Shown here in pieces: positions 8,618 to 17,280 of a DNA stretch of 64,000 bases. Below the pieces are notes generated by a model, which did not search any database, was not told the DNA's origin, and saw nothing but the letters and a program-made list of their open reading frames with translations. Source of the stretch: Candidatus Moraniibacteriota bacterium. Lineage in GTDB: Bacteria > Patescibacteriota > Minisyncoccia > Moranbacterales > UBA2206. The stretch is taken from the NCBI GenBank assembly GCA_030645735.1, contig JAUSNP010000006.1, positions 68,095 through 132,094 of the forward strand, written 5' to 3'. Within the stretch, counting starts at the first letter, position 1. The number at the start of each line of letters is the position of its first letter. The translations under genes were made by a program, and so were the position numbers.

Positions 8618-10184
8618 TTATTATGAGAGTTTGATCCTAGCTCAGGATGAACGCTGGCGGCGTGGATAAGGCATGCAAGTCGAGAGGGTTTAGACCCTCG
8701 GCAAACGGGTTAGTAATACATAGGAATCTGCCCTGAAGTCGTGAATAACTCGGAGAAATCCGTGACAATGCACGATAGTCTCTACGGAGTAAAGATTTAT
8801 CGCTTCAGGAGGAGCCTGTGTCCTATCAGCTTGTTGGTAGTGTAATGGACTACCAAGGCTATGACGGGTAGGGGGTGTGAGAGCACGACCCCCAACATTG
8901 GGACTGAGACACTGCCCAAACTCCTACGGGAGGCTGCAGTCGAGAATATTCGTCAATGCCCGAAAGGGTGAACGAGCGACGCCGCGTGCGGGATGAAGGC
9001 CCTTGGGTCGTAAACCGCTTTTCTTAGGGAAGAATGTAATGACGGTACCTAAGGAATAAGAGGCTACTAACTCTGTGCCAGCAGTAGCGGTAATACAGAG
9101 GCCTCAAGCGTTATCCGGATTTATTGGGCGTAAAGAGCATGTAGGCGGATATATTAGTCGGATGTCAAATCTTCGAGCTCAACTTGAAAACTGCATTCGA
9201 AACGGTATATCTAGAGACAGTCAGAGATCAATGGAACGTATGGTGTAGCAGTGAAATGCGTTGATATCATACGGAACACCAAAGGCGAAGGCATTTGGTT
9301 AGGGCTGTTCTGACGCTGAGATGCGAAAGCGTGGGTAGCGAATGGGATTAGATACCCCAGTAGTCCACGCCGTAAACGATGCATACTAGGTATTAAGAGA
9401 ATCGACCCTCTTAGTGTCGTAGCTAACGCGTTAAGTATGCCGCCTGGGAAGTACGGTCGCAAGACTAAAACTCAAAGGAATAGACGGGGATCCGCACAAG
9501 TGGTGGAGCATGTGGTTTAATTCGACGATAAGCGGGACACCTCACCATGGTTTGAAACTTAGCTGCATTATACAGAAATGTATAAGCCTTCGAGGGTGCT
9601 AAGCAGGCGCTGCACGGTTGTCGTCAGCTCGTGTCGTAAGATGTTCTGTTAAGTCAGGAAACGAGCGCAACCCCTATCGTGTGTTATATTGTCACACGAG
9701 ACTGCCCGGAACAAAGCGCACTTCGTGCGCAATGATCAATTATCAATAATCAATTTTCATTAAATGGAAATTGTAAATTGAAAATTGTAAATTGCGTGCT
9801 TTAGTAAAGCGCGTTTCGTTCCGGGAGGAAGGTGGGGATGACGTCAAATCAGCGTGGCCCTTTGACACCATGGGCAACACACGTGCTACAATGGCCAATA
9901 CAAAGGGTTGCCAAGTCGCGAGACGGAGCTAATCCCAAAAAATTGGTCTCAGTTCAGATTGGAGTCTGCAACTCGACTCCATGAAGCCGGAATCACTAGT
10001 AATCGTGAATCAGAACGTCACGGTGAATACGTTCTCGGATCTTGTACTCACCGCCCGTCACACCAAGAGAGCCGGTAACACCCAAAGATCCTGTTTTAAA
10101 GCAGGAGCCACGGTGGGATCGGTAATAAGGGTGAAGTCGTAACAAGGCATCCGTAGCGGAAGCTGTGGATGGATCACCTCCTTT
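8618..10184 (+). rRNA. rrs: 16S rRNA gene with an insertion in helix 40; not linked to 23S
   Basis: AGAGTTTGATCCTAGCTCAG at 8626, ACTCCTACGGGAGGC, ATTAGATACCC, AAGTCGTAACAAGG, GGATCACCTCCTTT at the 3' end; ends approximate. Confidence 0.98.
9713..9817 (+). other. About 100-nt intervening sequence in the 16S helix 40 loop
   Basis: Closed by CCCGGAAC/GTTCCGGG between conserved ACTGCC and GAGGAAGGTGGGGATGACGTC; AT-rich heptamer hairpin inside. Confidence 0.85.
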
Positions 10185-10324
10185 CTAGGGAGTAGTGGTG
10201 AACAGTGGCTCTTCGGAGCCGCAATCATCTAATGGTCGTTTGCATTCTTCGGAATGCAAAAGCTAGGCTCGAACAGGACTAATCACAAAAGATAATGATT
10301 TACTGATATATACAAGAAAAAGAT

Positions 10325-10348
10325 AAGGCGGGGGAAACCCTGTTTTTT
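10325..10348 (+). terminator. Terminator ending the 16S-only transcript
   Basis: GGCGGGGGAAACCCTGTTTTTT. Confidence 0.7.
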
Positions 10349-10389
10349 GTGTTATAATTTCTACATAATATTATTAACGATAATCTGAT

Positions 10390-10913
10390 ATGCCAAAAGG
10401 AAATGTAGTACATATATCGAAACTTGATGCAGCAAAGAGACAGCTAGATTCGGCTATTAAGATGTTTTTTCACGACTCAGATATGTGGTACGTCACACCG
10501 TTATTGCTGCTGCACATGGTATTTTAAGCGATATTGCTATAAAAAAGGGGATCAAGACAATAATTGCTAATAATGAAAGAATCAGAAAGGATAAAAAGAA
10601 AGATTATATAAAAATTGTGCATGAAGCTCAAAATTTTTTTAAGCATGCTGATTTTGAAGGTGACGAGAGCAAAATATTAGAATTTATCCCAGATTTAACA
10701 GAATTTCATCTGTACGATGCATGTTTAATATATCAAGAAATAACACAGGAAAGACCGATGTTGCATTTTTTGTTCATGGCTTGGTTTTCCGTAAAGCATC
10801 CAAAATTATTTGAAAGCGAAAGAATTTCTAAGGTTGCTGCTTGTCTTCCATTTGAGAATAAGATGGCCTACCTTGAACTTTTGCCAGAGCTTGAAAGACA
10901 AAATGAAAATTAA
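10390..10913 (+). pseudogene. Frameshifted hypothetical gene (or sequence error)
   Basis: Frame from ATG 10390 (MPKGNVVHISKLDAAKRQLDSAIKMFF) stops after 45 codons; protein-like sequence continues in the -1 frame from about 10485 (HTVIAAAHGIL...NFFKHAD). Confidence 0.6.
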
Positions 10914-10946
10914 TTATTTGTAGTATATCTTTAATATGATAAGCCT

Positions 10947-11582
10947 ATGAAAATAATCCTTGCGTCAGATTCTAGTTTTCTTTTGAAATATGGATATGCT
11001 CTGGCAGGCATTCCTAAGAATCAAATGAAAATTGGTTATATTACTACGGCCTCAAAAGGAGCTCGTAATTTTGGTCAGAGAGTGCAAGAAATTATAATGC
11101 CTAGTATAAAAGAAAATGGATATTCGCTTGATGAAATAGATATTGTGGGCAAAAGTAAAGATGAATTACGAAATTTTTTCAAAGACAAAAATGTTATCCA
11201 GATGGAGGGTGGCAATACTTTTTATTTGTTGAAAGCAATTCGCGAAACTGGTTTTGCTGAAATTCTCAAAAAATTGCTTGAAGAAGGCAGAATTTATATC
11301 GGCTCAAGTGCGGGGGCGTATATAGCGTGTCCAAGCATTGTTGTGGCGGACTGGGCTGATGAGACAGCTGACAGGTTTGGAATTTCTGATTTTACGGCTC
11401 TCAATTATGTTCCATTCGTTCTGAAAGCTCATTATACTGATGAAAAAGAAATAGAAGTCAGGGAGGGCATGCAAACCTTGAAATATCCTATGCGTATTCT
11501 CAGAGATGGTGAAGGTATTTTTTGTGAAGATGGGGTATGTAAATTTGTTGGGGATGGAGAGGAAGTTAAATTTTCTAATTAA
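10947..11582 (+). CDS. Peptidase E / S51 family (class I glutamine amidotransferase-like)
   Basis: GGNTFYLL, GSSAGA nucleophile motif, AHY. Confidence 0.85.
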   Translation: MKIILASDSSFLLKYGYALAGIPKNQMKIGYITTASKGARNFGQRVQEIIMPSIKENGYSLDEIDIVGKSKDELRNFFKDKNVIQMEGGNTFYLLKAIRETGFAEILKKLLEEGRIYIGSSAGAYIACPSIVVADWADETADRFGISDFTALNYVPFVLKAHYTDEKEIEVREGMQTLKYPMRILRDGEGIFCEDGVCKFVGDGEEVKFSN

Positions 11583-11599
11583 TTCTAAATAAAAGTTAT

Positions 11600-12265
11600 A
11601 TGAAAACGACCTATCTAAAAGAGTTTGTTAATTATTCAGCAAGAAAAATAGCTTTTATTCCAGTTGGTACTTTGGAATGGCACGGGAATCACTTGCCGAT
11701 TGAAACGGATTTTTTAGTAGCGCAAAAAATTTGTGAAATTTTGAATAAGAAAATTAAGGCTTATGTATTGCCACCCATATATTTGGGCACAGATAAGGAG
11801 CGGGTGGTTGCTGGAAAGAAATTCATCGGAATGAACTCAAGATTCAGCAAGGAATTGCAGGGTAGCGTATACTATTTAAAGCCAGAGCTATTATTATTAA
11901 TGATCCAGGGATTGATCGATAACTTGGTTAAGCAAGGATTCACGAAAATCTATATTGTTACAGGTCACGCGGGTAGCAAGCAGGTGGAAGTTTTGGAAGA
12001 GATTGAAAAAAATAACAAGACCGTAACATTTCTCAACCCGTATGGACAATTAAAATTCCATGTCGAACATGCTGATGAATATGAATCATCTCTTTTTTGG
12101 GCGTGCTATCCAGAACATGAAGCAATAAGTAGAAAAATTAAAATAAAAAATGATGATGACTATATAAAATTTGTTGGATATGACCCAAGAGAGAAAGCAT
12201 CATTAAAATTAGGAAATAAGATATTGAAAGGTATGATTTCAACTTTGAATAAAAAGATAAAATGA
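11600..12265 (+). CDS. Creatininase family amidohydrolase
   Basis: PVGTLEWHGNHLPIETD, GHAG, HADEYESS. Confidence 0.85.
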   Translation: MKTTYLKEFVNYSARKIAFIPVGTLEWHGNHLPIETDFLVAQKICEILNKKIKAYVLPPIYLGTDKERVVAGKKFIGMNSRFSKELQGSVYYLKPELLLLMIQGLIDNLVKQGFTKIYIVTGHAGSKQVEVLEEIEKNNKTVTFLNPYGQLKFHVEHADEYESSLFWACYPEHEAISRKIKIKNDDDYIKFVGYDPREKASLKLGNKILKGMISTLNKKIK

Positions 12266-12918
12266 ACAGTAAAATTTCAACCATCATTTTCGACTTAGAT
12301 GGCGTGATTGTGGATAGCGAGCCAATGCATTTTGAGGCGGCCAAGGAGACAATGAATGAATTTGGAATCAAGCTGACTCTTGAGGAATATATGGAATTTG
12401 GCGTGGCGAAAGGAGCGAGAAATTTGTTTGAAAAACTTTCGGAAAAATATAAAATAGACATAGATATCAACAGGGCGTTTGAAATAAAGAAAAACAAATT
12501 TCAAGAGATTTTTGAAAAAAACGCTTTTCCAAGAAAAGGGATTTTGGAATTGCTTGAGTCGTTTGAGGGAAAATATACCTTGGCAATTGCATCCTCAGGC
12601 ACAAGGGAAAGTGTTATGTTTGTTTTGGACAAGTTGAATATTGCAAACAAGTTTTCCTTGATTGTTGTGGCGGAAGATGTTTCCAGAGTGAAGCCATTTC
12701 CGGATATTTATAACAAAACAGTCCAAATGCTTGGGGTGGACAAGGATTATTGCGTGGCCATTGAAGATTCCGCAACTGGCGTCACGGCTGCCAAAGAGGC
12801 TGGCATACGCTGCCTCGCCGTGCCTTGTGAGTTCACGAAAAATCAGAATTTTTCTGATGCCTATGTTGTTTTGGAGAATATTGAACAGATAGCTGATTTC
12901 GTAGAGAAATTGACATAA
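12262..12918 (+). CDS. HAD-superfamily phosphatase (beta-PGM-like)
   Basis: FDLDGVIVDSE, KPFPD, IEDSATGV. Confidence 0.9.
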   Translation: MNSKISTIIFDLDGVIVDSEPMHFEAAKETMNEFGIKLTLEEYMEFGVAKGARNLFEKLSEKYKIDIDINRAFEIKKNKFQEIFEKNAFPRKGILELLESFEGKYTLAIASSGTRESVMFVLDKLNIANKFSLIVVAEDVSRVKPFPDIYNKTVQMLGVDKDYCVAIEDSATGVTAAKEAGIRCLAVPCEFTKNQNFSDAYVVLENIEQIADFVEKLT

Positions 12919-12958
12919 CCAACGAAAAGTGATACAATTATACTTCAGTTCTTTGGCA
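12910..12958 (+). promoter_or_regulatory. Promoter plus boxA-like element of accessory module 1
   Basis: TTGACA-17-TACAAT followed by AGTTCTTTGGCA. Confidence 0.6.
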
Positions 12959-13028
12959 TTTTCAATATAGATTGCTAGGCAATTTTATAGAGGCTAACAT
13001 CCAAAAATTCAACGGGAGATTGGCGATT

Positions 13029-13367
13029 ATGAAGAAACATCCTGAAAAGTCCGATATTTCGATGTTTGAGGCGAAATGGGTCATAACGGGAATGATCTGC
13101 ATGAGTAGGAAGTGGAATCTCCGCAAAGCATATTCGTTCGAGATTTCTTTCAGGGCTTTCCCTGCCAACGCAGAAAAGAAGGCTCTCGAATGCCTAAAAT
13201 CTTTTACGAATAAAGAAAGGGGACTCGCAAGCATCAATAAGTTCGCTATGAGTTCGGTGGAAGTCAGAAGTGGTTCGCAAGCCTTCCGTGTAAATGGGCC
13301 GTTTTGTAACAATAGTATTCACTATGCAAAGCGTACCAGACTTGTTTTCGAAAAAGTAGTTTCATGA
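13029..13367 (+). CDS. Hypothetical protein
   Basis: ATG with GGGAG SD; no recognisable family. Confidence 0.55.
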   Translation: MKKHPEKSDISMFEAKWVITGMICMSRKWNLRKAYSFEISFRAFPANAEKKALECLKSFTNKERGLASINKFAMSSVEVRSGSQAFRVNGPFCNNSIHYAKRTRLVFEKVVS

Positions 13368-13389
13368 AATTAATCAGGGGGTGAATACG

Positions 13390-13632
13390 ATGCATAATAA
13401 TGAAAATATTCCACCAGCTGGACATGTTCTCTTGGCGGAAATTCCCAATCTGGATGAAAAGCAAAGAGCTTTTCTGAGAAGACGAAACATTTCTCATGGA
13501 ATGTGGATGCTTGATGACCCACAAGAGAGACTTGAAGTCAGTCGCTTTGGCGGTATGGGCGAAAAGCCAGAATGGCAAATCTTTCGCGGAAAAATCAGTG
13601 ATTGGCAAGGTTGGGTTGGGGTTAAACCTTGA
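13390..13632 (+). CDS. Small hypothetical protein
   Basis: AGGGGG SD; followed by a strong terminator; alternative start GTG 13381. Confidence 0.55.
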   Translation: MHNNENIPPAGHVLLAEIPNLDEKQRAFLRRRNISHGMWMLDDPQERLEVSRFGGMGEKPEWQIFRGKISDWQGWVGVKP

Positions 13633-13651
13633 CTCGGGGAATTCCGCACAA

Positions 13652-13705
13652 AGGGACTCGGTCGCGATTGCAGAGGCAATTTTGCGACTGGGTCCCTGTT
13701 TTTTT
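13652..13705 (+). terminator. Long GC-rich intrinsic terminator
   Basis: AGGGACTCGGTCGCGA...TTGCGACTGGGTCCCT followed by a T-tract. Confidence 0.75.
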
Positions 13706-13732
13706 GACCAAGATTGGCAATTTTGTTAGAAT
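13704..13732 (+). promoter_or_regulatory. Promoter of the DsrC-like module
   Basis: TTGACC-17-TAGAAT. Confidence 0.55.
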
Positions 13733-13797
13733 TTTTATATAGTTCTGTTCTTAAAGCTGCTAAAAAGCAGAAAACTAAAAAGACTAGTGGGGGTATT

Positions 13798-14127
13798 ATG
13801 CCGATTATTGAGCGTAATGAAAAAAGGTTTGAAGTTGATGACGACGGATTTTTACGCGTTGCGCTTGAGAAACGAGATCCGGATTGGGAAAGGTGTGTCA
13901 TGGTCAGTACTGGTATTGATGAATTGACACCCGAATTGCAACGCGTGCTGGATGAAATCTGGGCGCATTACAAACGAACCGGTCTAATCCCAATAATCCA
14001 GGTTTTAGCAAAAAATACTGGTTTGTCACTCGTAAGGATTTCCAAATTGTCCTTGATGAGTCCCAAAAACTGGGCTTCCAAAATGCTTGGCTTGCGAGCA
14101 ATTGACTGCAAGACAAGTCATGGGTAG
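13798..14127 (+). CDS. Divergent DsrC/TusE/DsvC-family protein with altered C-terminal cysteine arm
   Basis: FEVDDDGFL, GIDELTPE..RV...YKRTGLIP...LAKNTG, SKMLGL align by eye with DsrC of sulfate reducers; GGGGG SD. Confidence 0.75.
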   Translation: MPIIERNEKRFEVDDDGFLRVALEKRDPDWERCVMVSTGIDELTPELQRVLDEIWAHYKRTGLIPIIQVLAKNTGLSLVRISKLSLMSPKNWASKMLGLRAIDCKTSHG

Positions 14128-14151
14128 CGCGAAAACTCTCGCGTGTTGTGT

Positions 14152-14183
14152 GGGCTGAACTCCTTTTGGGGTTCAGCCTTTTT
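14152..14183 (+). terminator. Intrinsic terminator
   Basis: GGGCTGAACTCC-TTTT-GGGGTTCAGCCTTTTT. Confidence 0.8.
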
Positions 14184-14243
14184 ATTCGCCCAAAACAGCT
14201 TTTTTTGATATGATAAACGTATAATTGAGTGGTAAGAAATATC

Positions 14244-15047
14244 ATGGAATTTAAAACGGAAACTGTTCAAGGACCACGAGACAATGAAATTTCTTTTTCA
14301 CCGGAACGCGGTGGTATCATTAGGTCAATGAAATTGAAGGGCAAAGAAGTTTTGTTTGTGGATGAGGTGACTTTTGCGGATGCGGAAAAAAATGTACGGG
14401 GCGGAATCCCGATTCTTTTTCCCAACGCTGGGCCACTGACTGGCGAAAACAATCCATATCCAGATCTCAAGCAACACGGTTTTGCTAGACTTTCCAATCA
14501 ATGGAAAGTGGAAGAATCGAACGCTGGAAAATTTAGTGAAAAATTGGCTTCCAACGAAGATACGAAAGCAGTTTTTCCCTTTGATTTGGAAACTCGCATG
14601 AGAGGTGAATTGAATGAGGATGGCTCAGTGACACTGACACAAGAAGTCACTAATTTAGAAGCAGAAAGAGAGATGCCAGTTTCCATGGGTTTGCATCCCT
14701 ATTTCAAAGTTTCAAATACTGAAAAAAGAAATATCAAATTCAATTTTGCTGGCGGAGAAATTGTTGAAGCCGATTTTGCTGTTTGGTCGCAAGGCGGAAC
14801 CACGCGTATCGACAATCCCAAAATTCATGATTCTGAGGCAGTTTTGCGGGTAGAAATTCCAGGGTTGGGAACCCTAGTCATAGACGCCTCGGCAGAATAC
14901 CAACGCATCTGGATCTGGTCGTTGCCAGAGCAAGATTTCATCTGCATTGAGCCGGTCATGCGAGATGACGGCGGACTTTTGGATGACCCGCAAATGGTGA
15001 AACCCAGCGAAACATTTTCAGGCAGAGTCAATTTTAGGTTGGAATAG
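14244..15047 (+). CDS. Aldose 1-epimerase / galactose mutarotase-like protein
   Basis: RGGIPILFP, QHGFAR, GLHPYF, FICIEP. Confidence 0.9.
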   Translation: MEFKTETVQGPRDNEISFSPERGGIIRSMKLKGKEVLFVDEVTFADAEKNVRGGIPILFPNAGPLTGENNPYPDLKQHGFARLSNQWKVEESNAGKFSEKLASNEDTKAVFPFDLETRMRGELNEDGSVTLTQEVTNLEAEREMPVSMGLHPYFKVSNTEKRNIKFNFAGGEIVEADFAVWSQGGTTRIDNPKIHDSEAVLRVEIPGLGTLVIDASAEYQRIWIWSLPEQDFICIEPVMRDDGGLLDDPQMVKPSETFSGRVNFRLE

Positions 15048-15141
15048 GCTAAAAAACAGTTCCATTTGACAATTTTCGCTTAAATGCTAGATTATAGGGG
15101 CATACTCAGTAGCTTCCCTTAAATCACTTAAGTGCGAAGAT

Positions 15142-17196
15142 ATGGAGCAGTTGAAAAAAAACTACCGAGTCTGGATATTTCCGTTCGGCATGATCGCCAG
15201 TTCGTTCTTCTTGTTTATCACTAGCCTATATAGCCTATTACTTTTTCATGTTCTAGTTGAGCTGTTTATCATAGTAATCGCTTTTGGTATTTTCGTCATT
15301 GCTTGGTCATCGCGACGATATATAAATAATATCTTCTTGCTCTTACTTGGAATCAGCTATTTATTTGTCGGAGCAATAGATTTGTTTCATTTGCTTACCC
15401 ATGATGATATGAATATAATCATGGACTATGGCGCTAATCTTTCCATTCAATCATGGGTCATCGCTAGATATTTAGAGGCTGCATCATTTATTGCGGCCTT
15501 TTTGTTGTTCAAGAAGGGCGTTAATGGTGTTCATGTCATAGCCAGAATAAGATCGCGTCAGATATTCTTTATTTACGCTTTGATATTTATAGCAAGCATG
15601 GCTTCAATTCTGGCATTTAATATTTTTCAGTCGGCAGCTGTGACAGGAATTGGAATGGCACATTTCAAGGCATATAACGAATATATAATCTCAGCTATTT
15701 TTTTCGGTTCAATAATCCTACTTTTTAAAAAAAGAAAGATATTTGATCGGGAGGTGGCCAATCTGCTTTCTTTGTCTTTGATTATGAAAGTTATCGCCGA
15801 GGTGTTATTTGCGAAATATGGCGGCGTGAATTGTTTTGCAGATATACTGGGAAATATTTTATTTTTTATATCTTTTCTTCTATTATATAAAGCTGTAATT
15901 GAAGGCGGATTGATGCGGCCATATAGATTTTTGTTTTTGGATCTTAAAAAAAGCGAGAAGCGCTATCGGTCGTTGGTTGAGTTTTCTCCGGATGCAATTG
16001 TAGTCCATAGCGATGGCAAAATTCTATATGCGAATGGGCCGGCGAAAAAACTTTTTGGTATTGAAGAAGATGAAAAACTCATTGGCGCTGAGCTGACTGA
16101 TTTTTTCGGTCCAGAATATCGGGAACGGATACGCCTGCGGATAAAGAATATTTTTAGTGGCAAATGGAAGGAAGCACCAACCACGGAAATGGAAATTTTA
16201 CATGCGAATGGACGCACAATTTCAGTGGAAGTCAAGGGCATGAAAATAATTTATGAGGGAAAAGAGGCGATAGAATCAATTATCCGAGATGTTTCAGAGC
16301 GAAAATTGACTGAAGAAAAAATACGGAGCTTGGCGAGATTTCCTGAGGAGGATCCTAGCCCAGTAATCAGAGTGCTGGGAGATGGCCAGGTTCAATATGC
16401 CAATCGTCCAGCGCGCAGAATGCTTTTGCATTTGGGTTGGAGTGAAGGCAGAGTGTTGCCGGAAATCTTGTTTTTGCCTGTTCGGCAGGTTTTGGAAAAA
16501 GGAATCAAACAAGAAGTGGAAGTGACTTGTGTGTGCGGTCGAGTATTTGCCATTATGTTTGCTCCGAGCTTAACTGAAAACTGGGTAAATTTGTATGGAC
16601 GCGAGATCACTAAACGCAAGATAATGGAAAAAGAATTGATTGAGACGCAGGCAGAGCTGAGAAAGAAAATTGAAGAGCAATTGGTGGAGTCATACAAACA
16701 TCTTGGTTTGGTCAATCGCAAAATATCTTTATTGCTGGAGCTGGACAGCCATTCTCAAGACAAAAAAAATAAACATGAGATTGTTGAATATATCTTGAAT
16801 TCATTGATAAATCTTTCACATGCCAAAGCCGGATTGCTATATTTAGCCATCGGTAAAAATCATTTCAATTTAATTTCCAGCGCCGGCTTGAAAAAAGAAA
16901 AACTGTCTGGAGTGCAAGTTGTCACTGAAAGCAGCGCTGATTTTATGCGTCAATTGACGTCCGCAGGCAAGCGGGTCAATGGTTCGTGTGAGCTAGTAAA
17001 TCCAGGTTTATTTAACATTGAATCGACTTTTAGTTATTTTGTGGCGTTGCCAATCTTGGCAGGCAATATTTGCAAGGGCTTTTTGTTCCTAGGCTTCAAT
17101 GATCGCAAAAGCATGGATGTGCAAGAGTTGGAGTTTCTGGATGTGTTTGCCAAACATGTTTCTTCAGCGCTGACTAATTCTGGTTTTTTGAACTAA
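15142..17196 (+). CDS. Membrane sensor: MASE3-like TM domain, PAS, PAS-like, GAF; no kinase or output domain
   Basis: LLFHVLVELF...IDLFHLL (MASE3-like), SEKRYRSLVEFSPDAIVV (PAS), C-terminal GAF (FLFLGF...ELEFLDVFAKH). Confidence 0.75.
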   Translation: MEQLKKNYRVWIFPFGMIASSFFLFITSLYSLLLFHVLVELFIIVIAFGIFVIAWSSRRYINNIFLLLLGISYLFVGAIDLFHLLTHDDMNIIMDYGANLSIQSWVIARYLEAASFIAAFLLFKKGVNGVHVIARIRSRQIFFIYALIFIASMASILAFNIFQSAAVTGIGMAHFKAYNEYIISAIFFGSIILLFKKRKIFDREVANLLSLSLIMKVIAEVLFAKYGGVNCFADILGNILFFISFLLLYKAVIEGGLMRPYRFLFLDLKKSEKRYRSLVEFSPDAIVVHSDGKILYANGPAKKLFGIEEDEKLIGAELTDFFGPEYRERIRLRIKNIFSGKWKEAPTTEMEILHANGRTISVEVKGMKIIYEGKEAIESIIRDVSERKLTEEKIRSLARFPEEDPSPVIRVLGDGQVQYANRPARRMLLHLGWSEGRVLPEILFLPVRQVLEKGIKQEVEVTCVCGRVFAIMFAPSLTENWVNLYGREITKRKIMEKELIETQAELRKKIEEQLVESYKHLGLVNRKISLLLELDSHSQDKKNKHEIVEYILNSLINLSHAKAGLLYLAIGKNHFNLISSAGLKKEKLSGVQVVTESSADFMRQLTSAGKRVNGSCELVNPGLFNIESTFSYFVALPILAGNICKGFLFLGFNDRKSMDVQELEFLDVFAKHVSSALTNSGFLN

Positions 17197-17280
17197 ATCA
17201 ACAACCACTGAAAAAAACACTCGATGCGGGAGTGTTTTTGTGGTATAATTAAGATACTAAATAAGCTAAACGGCTTTTGT

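Noticed and set aside
9211-9462. 83-aa ORF on the minus strand
   Set aside because: Antisense to conserved 16S rRNA; spurious.
9713-9817. Group I/II intron or homing endonuclease in 16S
   Set aside because: Only about 100 nt, no catalytic core motifs, no ORF.
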